Source of the DNA: Amphiura filiformis
Taxonomy: Eukaryota
NCBI RefSeq assembly: GCF_039555335.1
Contig: NC_092646.1
Coordinates: 58,138,946 to 58,202,945 of the forward strand
Direction: 5' to 3'
Length of the DNA: 64,000 nucleotides
The notes below the pieces were generated by a model. That model had not been told where the DNA came from and searched no databases. It saw nothing but the letters and a program-made list of their open reading frames with translations. The first letter of the stretch is position 1, and each line of letters opens with the position of its first letter. This document shows, in pieces, positions 1 to 11,958 of the stretch. The position numbers and the translations under genes are program-made.

Positions 1-1378
1 GCATTTGTCTCGCATCAGTGGTCAATGCAATCAAATTTCATGAACCTGCGACAATCTATGGCGATTTGACCCCGGAAGACCCCAAAATTACCTTGACATT
101 TTTTGTCTTGCATAGTTGGTCGTTCTCACCAAATTTCATGAACCTGTGACAATCTATAGCAATTTGACTCCGGATGACCCCAACATGACCATGGCATTTT
201 GGGTCTCGCATCAGTGGGCAATGCCACCAAATTTCATGAACCTACGACAATATATGGCGATTTGACCCGGATGACCCGGATGGCCCCATAATGACCTTGG
301 CATTTTTAGTCTCGTATCTGTGGTCGATCGCACCAAATTTCATGAACCTGCAACAATTTATGGCAATTTGACCCCAGATGACTCCAAAATAATCTTGGCA
401 TTTTTTGGTCTCACATCACTGGTGAATGCCACCAAATTTCATTAACCTGTTACAATCTATAGCAATTTGACTCCAGATGACCTCAAAATTACCTTGGCAT
501 TTTGGGTCTCGCATCAAAATGGTCAATCCCACCAAATGTCATAAACCTACGACAATCTATGGTGATTTGACCCCGGATGACCCCAACATGACCTTGATAT
601 TTTTATCTTGCATTGTTGATCGTTCTCACCAAATTTCATGAACCTGCGAGAACAAAATGGCGTTTTGACCTCGGATAAATCCGAATGACCCAAAAATGAT
701 CTTAGCAATTTTGGTCTTGTATCGGCGATCAATCCCACCAAATTTCATGAACCTGCGACAAGCTATGGCGATTGGCCCCCGGATGACCCCGTATGGCCCC
801 AAAATGACCTTGATATTTTTATCTTGCATTGTTGATCGTTCTCACCAAATTTCATGAACCTGCGAGAACAAAATGGCGTTTTGACCTCGGATAAATCCGA
901 ATGACCCAAAAATGATCTTAGCAATTTTGGTCTTGTATCGGCGATCAATCCCACCAAATTTCATGAACCTGCGACAAGCTATGGCGATTGGCCCCGTTTG
1001 ACCCCGTATGGCCCCAAAATGACCTTGATATTTTTATCTTGCATTGTTGATCGTTCTCACCAAATTTCATGAACCTGCGAGAACATAATGGCGTTTTGAC
1101 CTCGGATAAATCCGAATGGCCCAAAAATGATCTTAGCAATTTTGGTCTTGTATCGGCGATCAATCCCACCAAATTTCATGAACCTGCGACAAGCTATGGC
1201 GATTGGCCCCCGGATGACCCCGTATGGCCCCAAAATGACCTTGACATTTTTGACTTGCATCGTTGGTCGTTCTCACCAAATGTCATAAACCTACGACAAT
1301 CTATGGCGATATGACCCCAAAATGATCTCGACATTTTTTGTCTGGCATCGTTGGTCGTTCCCACCAAATTTCATGTGT
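1..1378. repeat. Tandem satellite array with ~108-110-bp monomers (core caccaaatttcatgaacctgcgacaatctatggcgatttgacccc), organised at ~600-1260 as a 216-bp higher-order repeat of two alternating monomer subtypes. It decays into unique sequence near 1380.
   Basis: The monomer core recurs every ~108 bp from position 30 onward. Three near-identical 216-bp units start at ~733, 950 and 1164. Near-identical ORF-track peptides at 547-1260 are translations of this repeat. Confidence 0.9.
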
Positions 1379-2286
1379 TCATGGCAACCTATTGGGAGTA
1401 AAAGAGAAGACCCCAGAACGGGGTCCCCGGGGTAGTAATCCATTAACTAATGCAAACTTGGTCTGGCTCGGACCAAGCCGCACCTACCCACCAAGTTTGA
1501 GGAACATGCGACCCCCAATCTCAGAGAAAATAGCCTGACAAACAGACAGACACCCCGACGTACTGACAGATACCCCGACAGACTTGGCGTATATTATTTA
1601 TATAGATAACTTTTTATGGTGAAAATGCAAACATCATTTAATATTTTTAAGTTAAGAAAGAATGCCTACTACTTTGCTAGGAGTAGGACTAACATGACTA
1701 AAAATTATCCAAAACAGGTTTGATACTGCACGTTGGAAACAGTAAATTAATGACTAAATCGGTAAATTTTATGGCGGCGATACCGACATTTTTTCGGTTG
1801 CAATACATTGGTATACTTTTATTTCAAATTTCTAAACAATTAACATGTGAAATTAATTATTGTTTGCTCAAAAATAGACCTAAATCACAAAAATAATGCA
1901 TTTCCTCTCAAATATTATATTCCATTGTTTTCTATCTTGCAAATGGTGATTATTTGTGATATTATCAAGTATAAATTATTATTTTACCACTTATCTTGGT
2001 TTGATGAATACCAAATACATTAGGGCATATGGTTCCAACTAATCGCATTTGCGTGTGCTGATCGTACTCGTGATACTACTAATGACAAAATCACACCGAT
2101 TTAATTGATTGACAAATATTACCATCTTGTTTTTGAAAAATTAGGGGAAAATTTATTGTATTTTATTGTTTTTATTACGCACGCAATGCAAGAAACGTGT
2201 TGCACACAGCTTCAGCCCTATTCATTTTCCGATTTTACGTTTTGCCCTTTTATTGTTGTTTTACACTTGTTCAATTTACAATTCAC

Positions 2287-2623
2287 CAGTGGCGTAGCCA
2301 GGATTTTGGAACCGAGGGGGCACAACTTGTAAATGTACCGACGGAAATATTTTTTGCCGACAGAAGTTGTAATTTGTTGACCCAAATATTTTTGGCATGG
2401 TTTGAAAAAGTGAAGAGCAAAAAAAAAAAAAAAAAGGATATTAGGCGTTAACAACATAAATACACACATTTTTTTAATGTAAAATTTCATCATTATTAGC
2501 CTATTATAATTTTTCCTGTTACCCTGGCTATAAAATAGTCTATTGTTAACCCAATTTTTTTTTCACCAACGCCTTCATGAACCGACGGCCACCTGCCCCC
2601 CCCCCCAACTGGCTACGCCACTG
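2287..2623. mobile_element. MITE, family A, with 15-16-bp terminal inverted repeats (cagtggcgtagccagg / ctggctacgccactg) and internal G/C homopolymer tracts.
   Basis: Exact TIRs at 2287-2302 and 2609-2623. Related copies lie at 11218, 21422, 33904-34057 and 40671-40954. Confidence 0.7.
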
Positions 2624-2844
2624 CAATTCACTACTCATATAAGCGCTTTTTGTGCAATTAGTATTTCAGTGTCTTTCTACTCTTTTTTGCCTTGGAGAAC
2701 CATACTTGGATAGACTGCAATAAAATTACTGTACCGTATGCTCACCCCAGAGCACGATCACGTCAGTAAATGAATAATTTATTCTGGGACTGATTATTCG
2801 GAATATGTTCACCCCCTGGTTATGCAGCCTAAATAAACCAAGAT

Positions 2845-3010
2845 AAAGCCTCCAGCATACTTTCCTGCCGCTTGCCGCTGCGGCAAGCAGCAGGGCGTTT
2901 CAACCAATGACAAGCCTTTATTGTGTCCGTTTGTCTGTAATGCGCGTGTGCCACGCCGCTCAGCGGCAAGCGGCAGGGTAGTATGAAACCAGCATAAGTT
3001 AAGACCTGAT
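2845..3010. repeat. Dispersed repeat segment (ggcaagcagcagg...agtatgaaaccagc[a/g]taagt) with a second copy at 60185-60335.
   Basis: Shared ~60-bp block between 2950-3000 and 60270-60330. The copy carries an internal palindrome gccgctgcggcaagc. Confidence 0.5.
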
Positions 3011-3084
3011 TCGTTGAATCGGTCATGAAATTATCCGAAATCCCAAGAAAGGTGCAAATTCAAAAGGTGCAGTTTGCTCCATTT

Positions 3085-3356
3085 AGCTTGAAATTCCCCT
3101 GTACAAGGAACTTACTGCAAATTGTCTCGTGGTAACCCGTACGAAACTCGAGGAGCTGATCCTGGCTGCGAAGGTCTATTGTGGAATGTCTAGGGTGTGC
3201 GCTTCTTAGCTGCAAGTCCTTGTATTGTTGTTTAATTGTTAATGGTATGATGTGGGGCCGTAGTGGTCAACGACCACCTGTAAAGTGTGCTGAGGCTTGT
3301 GGATCAACGTCTAGGAGTTGTGCCTGTGTGTAGCGCACTATAAATCACTGCGCTTT
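3085..3356 (+). repeat. Copy 1 of a ~270-bp dispersed repeat that forms the body of a SINE-like element. It is 5' truncated, with no tRNA-like head and no microsatellite tail.
   Basis: About 85% identity to 6046-6330. Both copies begin agcttgaaattcccctg and end tagcgcactataaatcactgcgcttt. Confidence 0.7.
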
Positions 3357-4810
3357 TTGGTGTATTCTCGAACAAGAGAACGAGCGCCGTGCTTTCCATT
3401 AATAACAACACTGGTGTAACTTTTCAATTGATCATTCCTTGGGTTTTCGATCACCGTTTCTTTAATCGATTTCAACAAATGAGGTCTTAAATCCGACCTA
3501 AAAGGTACAGGTCGTGGCTGCTGGTGATATATTTGTCTTTGTTTAGGATAAACAGGGGTGAACATAACTGGTACCTTAATTATTTTGCGGTCTGTATTTC
3601 GTATTTGCACCCATTGACGGTTTTCCCAGGCGGTGGCGGATGCGATATCGCCATTTTGACGTCGCCATTGGATTAACACATAATCATGAAATCTTCACAA
3701 ACAATTCTAAATTTGGTGTGTCAAGGCAAAATTATCTTACTCTAAAACCGTTGGGGTACGACAAAGTACCCCCACTGTAAATATGTTGTTTTTCAATTTA
3801 TAACTGCTAACCGTCTATTTTGAATGGGGCTGTCAGCCTTGTATTTTCGCCAGCCTCTAACGTCACGTGTCCCGTGTCCTATACCGCCTGGGTTTTCCTC
3901 TCTCCCTAGATCGCCACGTGTCAGATAATCTGATAGTTGATCAATTCCGTCCCTGCAATTTTAGTTTAAAAATCACAGATTTGTGCAGGATATGTAATTA
4001 TGCAAATTTGGTTGAGAGCTAGTTGCAGCGATTGGTCAAATATTTATTTGGATATTGGTAGAGTGATGAGTACCGCCTCCTCCCGGGCTCTGGACACTGG
4101 ATAGTCAAAAGCCTATATCAACTGGAATTGTTTCCTCGATGTTTTACAAATCCTGTCAACGGTCCTACAAACAACACGTTAACAAGCAGGTGCTCTGTTC
4201 GTATTTCGCGTAGAACGGCAAATCGGAACTTTTTGCATTAATAGTCAACGTTGAAGTTAGAACGTAATTAGCATGGTAAGTGTTATAACTTATTTGATTT
4301 CTTTGCCCTATTATTGCGTTTTTAGTTGAAATTAATTCTTTGCCAGACGTATCATTGCTTCTATAGAAGACTGTATTTTATAGATAAATCGTAACCAAGT
4401 TTGATGATGTATTTTGTCACCCAAGTAGCAGTAGCAGCAGTAGTATTATTTCAACCGGTGTTCATAGGATACAGGGGCCGTCGCTGTGGTGAATGGGGTT
4501 GTGGACAATGCTAGATATTGATCACGTTTACGGAAGAAACAAATTTTTATTCATGTTGATTTGAAATCATTTTGAAGCAACCACTGTACTTGGGAAAATA
4601 CTAAAATTTGAAAATGATATATTAAATCCTTAAAAACTATCAACTTCGACCGACGCGATGTTTTAACTACTTTTTTACAAACGTAATCGGACTTTTTGAC
4701 CCCCTCCCTCCCTAAACGAAAGGACTTTCGTTTGAATAGGAATTCATCGAACTTTTGGGTTATTCCATTTCGCAGTTTCTGTGGTGTGAATAATTTTCCT
4801 TTTATATTCC

Positions 4811-4817
4811 TATAAAT
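4811..4817 (+). promoter_or_regulatory. TATA-like motif (tataaat) just upstream of a candidate signal-peptide exon.
   Basis: tataaat lies 7-22 bp before two in-frame ATGs at 4824 and 4839. That spacing is too short for a canonical -30 position, so this is weak. Confidence 0.2.
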
Positions 4818-4823
4818 TTATAG

Positions 4824-4974
4824 ATGGACATTTTCAACATGCGCAAGGCTGTACTGCTTTGCCTTGTGCTTATCTTGATCTGCGAGGTTAGCGGTCACAA
4901 CCCCAACGGCTGCGCATGCGGCAGCAGCAGCAGCAGTCAGGAAACCACGGTAACCGCCACTAGTGCTAGTAGTA
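4824..4974 (+). CDS. Candidate first coding exon encoding a signal peptide (MDIFNMRKAVLLCLVLILICEVSG) followed by a short Ser/Thr-rich stretch. It ends at a consensus donor, AGTA|GTAAGT, in phase 1.
   Basis: The hydrophobic core and small residues before HNP fit a cleavable signal peptide. GTAAGT sits at 4975-4980. Donor phase 1 matches the phase-1 acceptor of the SRCR exon at 6407, giving a joined codon A+TC (Ile). The ORF is shorter than 60 aa, so it is absent from the track. Confidence 0.35.
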
Positions 4975-5943
4975 GTAAGTAGCGCAGATTTCTTTTCAAA
5001 ATTGGGGGCGACGGTGGTGTAAAAACCACGAAGCAGTCTTTCGCTCTCAGAATAACTTGTGGTGGAATTATTAAAATCAATTTTGAATTCAACATTAGAA
5101 GAAAAACAAAACAAAAAGGCGATTCCTAACCACTGGACACGTGAAAAGAAGCCCTGAAATCTTAGATACATAATATATCGTAGCCGTGTGCGAAGAAGGT
5201 TGGAAATCAGAGCTATAGTGGAGTTAACTTAAAGCCATATTATAACATTTCCTGAGGAAGACGCCCTCACGGAATTTTTAAAATTCCTTTTTTGTCACGA
5301 TTAAATTGTACTTTATTAAACCAATATACCCTGCAAAAATGAAGACTCTAGGTGCTGTAGTTTTGTCAAAATCCGAGATTTTTAATAAAACGCCGGAACC
5401 GGCGCTTTATTATTACGATGGAATTATTAGTCGAACGCATACACGGTGTTCATAACACACAGTGCGTACACGGCGTGTGCGACGGTGATATACACAACAA
5501 AGGGTCGTACCACAACATGACCGAAGGAGTGGTACGTATTGGCGACATGTGCGCTGGTAGTAAATTCCAATTTTCTTTGCTTTGCCGTAGTTGTTCGGCT
5601 CAAAAATAAAAGGGGATATATCTGACAGTAAAAGCTAACATTTTATGGCAAAGAAATGCTAATCTATTTTGTTTGAAAATGTTATAATATGGCTTTAACT
5701 TCAACGGATTTAGATCCCCTGTGCCCAGAGCTCGGGTACCGCGGTTTTCGGATGGGAGCGATTCTCATTCTGAAATGAGTTGATATTGAAGTATACATTT
5801 CCAAAAGGGGCTTCTACAGCCCATGATGTGTCACGACTATGCATGCATGTATATCGAGGGTTGAGAGCCAGAAAAGAGTTAAGATATTACAGATATCAGG
5901 TCCAAAAAGACTTTAGCAAGTCTACACTGAGACCAGCATAGAC

Positions 5944-6355
5944 TAGTAGTAAAGTTAGCTCAATCGTTAAGGCGTTCGACTATCATAGTGCGAGAGGTTG
6001 CGGGTTCGAACCCTTGCGGTGCCTAGTATGCTCTCGTGGAAAAATTGAGTAAGCTTGAAATTCCCCTGGACAAGGAACTTACTGCTAATTTTTCTCGTTG
6101 TAACCCGTACGAAACACGGGGAGCTGATCCTGGTTGCGATGGTTATTTGTGGAATGTCTAGGGTGTGCGCTCTTGAAGCAGCAAAGTCTCTGATTTGTTG
6201 TTTAATGGTTTATGGAATGATGTGGGGCCGTATATGGTCAGCGACAACCTGTAAAGTGTGCTGAGGCTTGTGGATCAACGTCTAGGCGTTGTTGTGCCTG
6301 TGCGTAGCGCACTATAAATCACTGCGCTTTATTATTATTATTATTATTATTATTT
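5944..6355 (+). mobile_element. SINE-like element. It has a degenerate tRNA-derived head (5944-6030, with T-arm-like ggttgcgggttcgaaccc), the ~290-bp body shared with 3085-3356, and an (att)8 tail at 6331-6354.
   Basis: tRNA-like D- and T-arm motifs are present but no clean cloverleaf. The body matches copy 1. The microsatellite tail is typical of SINE 3' ends. Confidence 0.55.
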
Positions 6356-6406
6356 TCCACAAAAGATATCTTGCTCCTTACAAGTCTTATTTTGGACTTG
6401 TTTCAG

Positions 6407-6701
6407 TCCGCCTTTTTGGTCTTTCAAGTGGTACCAAATACGGCGAAGTGGAAGTATACTACAATGGAGCTTGGGGTGCAGTGTGTGCTGACAACTGGGA
6501 TAAAAACGATGCAACTGTAGCATGTCGTCAACTTGGATTCTTTCCAGCGCCATTTGTGAGTTCTTATGGACAAGTAACTGGACCATTATCGATGACCAAT
6601 GTAATGTGTACTGGTACAGAAAAAAGTTTAGATGAATGCAGTCATGAAGGTGAACCTCAAACCTGTGCGTCAGCACGCCATGCATATATAGATTGCAATT
6701 A
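6407..6701 (+). CDS. Single-exon SRCR (scavenger receptor cysteine-rich) domain. The peptide is (I/V)RLFGLSSGTKYGEVEVYYNGAWGAVCADNWDKNDATVACRQLGFFPAPFVSSYGQVTGPLSMTNVMCTGTEKSLDECSHEGEPQTCASARHAYIDCN.
   Basis: The acceptor is tttggacttgtttcag|TC at 6401-6406 and the donor is TTA|GTAAGT at 6702-6707. The peptide has the canonical SRCR pattern (VRL..G, VEV..NG.WG.VC.D.WD..DA.VVCRQLG, C.G.E.SL..C). Entry phase is 1 and exit phase is 2. Confidence 0.85.
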
Positions 6702-6714
6702 GTAAGTACTAAAT

Positions 6715-7032
6715 TCGACGTCGATGTGACGTAATAAATCGGATTAACTACCGTAACAATGGATGAATACAATTTTGAATAGATCGCTCTCCTTCACTAT
6801 CTATGCTCTGCACTACAAGCAGATTGCACTAATCACCTGTGTATGTCTGTAAACATAGATTGAATACAATACTAATCTTACTGGTGCGAGTGATCAGCCT
6901 TTCTTTGACATCTAGGCCTATGGTTCAATACATAGGTACCGCGTTAACGTTGTAGTGCTGAGCGTTCTATTCAAAAATTGTATTCATCCATTGCTGTGGT
7001 AGTTAATCCAATTATAACGTCACTTCGACGGC
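6715..7032. mobile_element. Fold-back MITE, family C. Its long TIRs are cgacgtcgatgtgacgtaataaatcggattaactaccgtaacaatggatgaatacaattttgaataga and the reverse complement. It sits 13 bp downstream of the SRCR exon donor.
   Basis: The near-perfect inverted arms of ~70 bp can be read directly. Five further copies are listed below. Confidence 0.75.
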
Positions 7033-7371
7033 GAATAACGAGTTACTCTAAGATGTACATTCACTCCGTAATTTGCATGGCAAAATGACTCCTCCGTATT
7101 CTCCTTCGCAGCCAGTTTGGTTCTACTCCCTCGGAATCAAATTGTTCGCGGAGGAGACTATCCTCCATTGAGTGATAAGCCTGTCACATGTTATGGGCAG
7201 TGAACTCTTGTTTTGGTCACTACTGAGTTGAGCTTTAAAAAAGGCATTTCTAGTACAATTATTGCTCTCCATACACAGATGAATGCAAATATAACGCAAA
7301 ATATTCCACCTTGCATTTTGTGTTATATAGGCCTACACATAATTTGTAGAGTATCATGAGAATGGGCTGAT

Positions 7372-7378
7372 GATTATG

Positions 7379-7459
<81 letters not shown>

Positions 7460-7492
7460 GTTATTATTATTATCATCATCATCATCATCATT
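7372..7492. repeat. Microsatellite (ATT)n of ~30 units, running into (ATC)n.
   Basis: Direct reading. Confidence 0.95.
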
Positions 7493-8490
7493 TACATTTT
7501 AGATGGTGAGTGACGTGACACGGTGGAAGCACGGACACCGCTGGAGAGACAACGCACTTGGCGTTTTATTATTAAGTCTTGAAGAAGTACAATATTATTA
7601 TTATAATTAATAGTCTTCTACACACACTGACGGTAAATATTACAACATCCTCATAATAGAGTTTTTCAGTTTAAAATTAGAAATGATGGCCGGAAGAAAA
7701 CCACTGGGAGAGAAAGCCAGAAAGGATTTCCAAAGATTACGAGATTGGAAAAGACTGAAAAACTGAAACTGCCATGTTCATGTCAATGATGTCATGTGAT
7801 TATCGCGAAAGACTCACTAGCGACTTTAACCATGCCGTGGACAATTAGAGCATGTTCATGATGTCAATTTCGGCGCTTTTTCAGGAATCGGGAGAGTTCA
7901 CATTAAGCGCTATATCAATTTGTTGTGACATTCGTTGTAGTCAGATGCACTATAATTGCAGATGACAATTTTCAGTCTATTTTTTCAGTCTCGTAATCTT
8001 TGTAAGACTCGTACCTTCTTTCCCTGTAGTTTTCTTTGGACCACCGCTTCCTTGTGACTTTCTGCCGGCAGCCTAATCTATATACATTTAACCCAAACCG
8101 AATAAACTCTTTGAATCCAATACCGAAGCAATCTTTCGACCAAAAGTACGAATTTTTGAACAAGTTCTGCCAACTTAAGCTCTTGCAACTGTCAGCTTTA
8201 TTTGTCTCGATATTGGGTACAGGACATCACTAGGTCATGCTCCCCTGCGACCCGCCTTATCAGGAAACCTCTATTTTGGTGATATTAGTATTGCGGACAG
8301 TGTGCATATTATGGGATGTAAATGGTGAATCTCAAAAATTAATGATATATTAATCCAAAGAAAAAATAGTAAAAATACTCTTTGTTTACCCAACTTATAT
8401 GTCAGTAGAAAACTGAATAATTACTCAACAATCCCATCTCATTTAAGCATTTAAATCCAAAGATGTAAGTCGTGTTCACACGGTCGGATA

Positions 8491-8524
8491 TAAGTCACTT
8501 ATTACCGGTAATAAGTGACTTATC
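8491..8524. repeat. 34-bp perfect palindrome, ataagtcacttattaccggtaataagtgacttat.
   Basis: Direct reading. It is followed at 8570-8655 by three 27-bp tandem units (caccac[c/t]agtgccga[t/c]a[a/t]catgctaca). Confidence 0.8.
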
Positions 8525-8940
8525 ATGCCCACTCAAAACATAACACAGAAATTTAAAAAAAATAGATGACTTGACCGATATCATGCTGCACACCACCAGT
8601 GCCGATAACATGCTACACACCACCACTGCCGACATCACACTGCACACCGCCAGTGAAAAAGTATTTTCGATAATCCTTTTCTTCTAGTCGACAAAAATGA
8701 TTTAGAATTGTACCATTTTTTGAGATACACCCCGGTGATGGGAAAAAAGGTTATATAATATCCGTATTATAATAACCATGTTAACCTTATAAAGATTAAA
8801 GATTCCGTTAAAACTATATGAATATGAAACCATTATGTGTTGAGAGTGTGTTTATTTAAATTGGATGCGGCTTAAAGGGAACTTAAAAAGGTTGGTTTTG
8901 TAGAGTCACGGGGGATGCACGTTAAACCCCGTATCCTGGA

Positions 8941-9198
8941 CTATTCGCCGTAGAAGCGATGATGTATCAGGATTAACTACCATAGCAATAGGTTCAAACA
9001 ATTTTTGAACATATCGCACTGCACTAGTACGTACATGCGGTACCTCTGCATTGGAACCATAGATGTCAAATAACAGGGATAAAGTACAAATGTGATGAGT
9101 GCAACCTGCTTGTAGTGCAGGGCGATATATTCAAAAATTGTATTTATCTATTGCTATGGTAGTTAATCCGATTATTACGTACCTTCAACGGTGAATAG
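8941..9198. mobile_element. Fold-back MITE, family C, copy 2.
   Basis: Arms ctattcgccgtagaagcgatgatgtatcaggattaactaccatagcaatagg and cctattgctatggtagttaatccgattattacgtaccttcaacggtgaatag. Confidence 0.75.
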
Positions 9199-9774
9199 GG
9201 GGTTAATCCAAATGATCGATGTCGATCATACATTTTCTCGTATTGATAACGCTTTCAATACATCAATGTTATTTTGACCCACAGATGCTGAGGGAAGAGC
9301 CAGTTACAAAACCAGTAATATTGCATTCTTTATTTTGATTTGTACCCTTAGTAAATTAAAGACCCGATGAAGCCAAGCAAATGTAAAGCTAGTTACAAAG
9401 CTTACCCGGTACCCCCTCCAACCCCACCCATGTAACGGAGCCATGCAGAAGTGGTCAAAACAACATTGATGTTTTTGTACGAGTTTTTGAGAAGCGTGAT
9501 AGCGATGTCTTTTAGGACATTCCCTCCCTCCGCAAGGCTTCGAGAAGTGTTATAGGGACCCTCCCTCAATGCATTTTCAAAACCCTCCTTCCCTCCGTAA
9601 TAGCGACGTACCATCGCAAGGCTTCGTCAACCTTTTAGTTTGTTCCCTTGGGTCATAAAAGCTGTAGAAATAAACATATCGGTGTTTCACGAGTAGTAGA
9701 CTTTAATCGAGTTATATAAATTATTCATGAGCTCCTCATGAATATTAATGAGGTGGATGTGGCTACACCGCTGC

Positions 9775-10473
9775 TTTGACCCCTATATGACCTTTGACCT
9801 ATATGACCCTATGTGACCCCACATCACACCCTTATGTGACCCTACATGACCTTTGGCCCCTACATGACCTTTAATCCGGATATGACCTTTGACCCTATAT
9901 AACCTCTTATACGGAAGTGATATTTGAAACCTATGTGACATTTAACCCATGTGACTTTTGACCCCTTTGTGACAGTGACACTATATGACCTCTGACCCAT
10001 ACATGACCTATGACCCAGAAGTGACTTTTTACTCCATACATGACCTTTGACCACTACGTGACCTTAGACACAGGAGTGACCTTTGAATCGGAAGTGATCT
10101 CTGACCCGGAAGTGACCTTTGACCCCTAAGTTACCTCTACATGGTCTTTGAACCCTATGTGACTCTACATGACCTTTCACCCCTATGTGACCTTTGATCC
10201 GCACGCGACCTTTATATCCTCTGACCTCTAACCTCTGAACCTCTAACCTCTGATCTTTGAAACCTTTTTGTGACCTTTGACCCTACGTGACTTTTGACCC
10301 ATATGTGACAATGACACTATAAGACCTCCGACCGCTGCATAACCTCTGACCCGGAAGTGACTTTAGACTCCCTAACCTTTGACCACTATGCCCCAGAAGT
10401 GACATTTTTACCAGGAAGTAATCTTTGACCTGGAAGTGACCTTTGACCCCTACGTAGCCTTTGACTCCTATTT
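9775..10473 (+). repeat. Minisatellite of ~35 degenerate 18-22-bp units built on TGACCTTTGACCC. Each unit is a DR1 arrangement of nuclear-receptor half sites (AGGTCA-n1-AGGTCA on the opposite strand).
   Basis: tgacctttgacc(c) or a one-mismatch variant recurs at 9791, 9884, 10037, 10114, 10160, 10272, 10434, 10441 and elsewhere. Confidence 0.85.
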
Positions 10474-10611
10474 GACATTGTAGAACGTTCGAGTGAATAA
10501 ATGTTGTGAGTTGCATTCGCCCCCAAACTTGCCCAAAACACCTGTTACACCCCGAAATAAAATAGCGATCAGAAAAGCGCCCACTATGCACGTGCAACTT
10601 CACTTCCTGGT

Positions 10612-10785
10612 TCACTTGAAGGTCAAAGGTCACATAGGGTCGAAGATCTCTTCCCGGTCAGAGGCCATAGGGGTCAATCATTTATTGGTCAAAGGTCACG
10701 TGGGGGTCACAGGTCATGTAAGGGTCACATATGGATCTAAGGTCAGGTAGGGGTCAAATGCTACTTCCGGGTCAAAGGTCACGCA
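10612..10785 (-). repeat. Shorter inverted arm of the same minisatellite (gggtcaaaggtca units). With 9775-10473 it forms a large fold-back structure; the flanks (cctcatgaatattaatgagg at 9735 and cctcataatattaattc at 10785) are also similar.
   Basis: ggtcaaaggtcac occurs six or more times in inverted orientation relative to the long arm. Confidence 0.8.
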
Positions 10786-11958
10786 CACCTCATAATATTA
10801 ATTCTCGTGAATATGCTAATTAACCATGCTCACCTCATAACGCGATGAAAGTAAAAGGGAAAGCCAGTTTCACCGATGTAGGAACTCGAGCAGTCACCGC
10901 AGGGGAATGGCCGCCTCCGCGCGCTTTTTGTTGAGGGAAATGTTTGTCCTCAGGGTGAACGAGCATACTGTGGATGATACGATGTGGCTTCAAGAAGAAA
11001 AACCGTGTCATCATTTCGCTCTGAAGTAAGTAAGGTAAGTAACTGAGGGGTGGATCCGTTTTCTTTGACTTTTTTAATTGACCAATCTGTGTGTCTGCAA
11101 CTTCGCGGATATTATTCTCCTCTTTATGTTTGTCCGCTTCCTCGGTTACCAACCATGCCAACTCGTCACTCCTATCTAACGCCGTTCTGACAACTCCCAG
11201 CTAAGGGGTGGTGGGTAGTGGCGTAGCCAGCTTTTTTTTTTGGTCGGGGGGGGGGCAAAATAAAATTTCGGGGGCACAGACGAAAAATAATTACAGTTGC
11301 GGTATAGATACAAAGTTTCACTTGTACAAAGAATTTGAGACCATTTTCGTTGAAATCGGAGCACTTTTAGTTGATAACCCTGCGTGGTCTGAAAAAAACC
11401 TGACCATATCGGTTTTGACATTTATGCTTATATTATATAAACTCAAAATATGTGTCGCAGAAAGGTCAAACTAGACTTTTTTCTGAATCCTTGAGATGAG
11501 AGGAAAACTTTGCTACGGCTGTTTGCAAAATTTGAGCAAGTTTGAAATTTGATCCCTGTGTTGATCTGTGATTGAACCAGATACTCGCTTTAATTTGTTT
11601 ATTTACTTCTAATTAACGTTTCCAGATCAGAAAATATGTGCAGAAAAATATAAGCTATGTGATTTTATGTTTCCTGTGTTGCAAAAAGAATGTATAGAGA
11701 AAGTCAGCTTTCGAAAATGTGTGCGGCACATCCCTTACAAAAATAATTGAAGAACACACCCCCGCCGGTCACGTATGATCAGTCCCTCTTATGAAAAAGT
11801 GGTTAATGTTATGACGAAAAAAAATATAATATTCATATCACTTCGTCATACGTCTACTTAATATTGAGTCGTGTGGATTATGATACAGCCCGTCTGTCAC
11901 CAGAATCCACAGAGGAGAGCGAAAAACAGAGGCTATACCACCAAAGTCTCCGCATCAC

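Noticed and set aside
547-1314. Cluster of 60-80-aa ORFs on both strands with near-identical peptides (MVGLIADTRPKLLRSF..., MQDKNIKVILGPYGVIRGP...).
   Set aside because: They are translations of the 108/216-bp satellite monomers. The identical peptides simply repeat with the satellite period, so they are not a gene family.
3338-3679. 113-aa minus-strand ORF (…WENRQWVQIRNTDRKIIKVPVMFTPVYPKQRQIYHQQPRPV…) that might be a TE protein fragment.
   Set aside because: I could not match it to a transposase, RT or integrase motif. It overlaps the end of the SINE-like repeat copy and is left uncalled.
10835-11161. 108-aa minus-strand ORF adjacent to the DR1 minisatellite.
   Set aside because: No domain signal. 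The start overlaps a MITE end (11218), and the composition is unremarkable. It is treated as a chance ORF.
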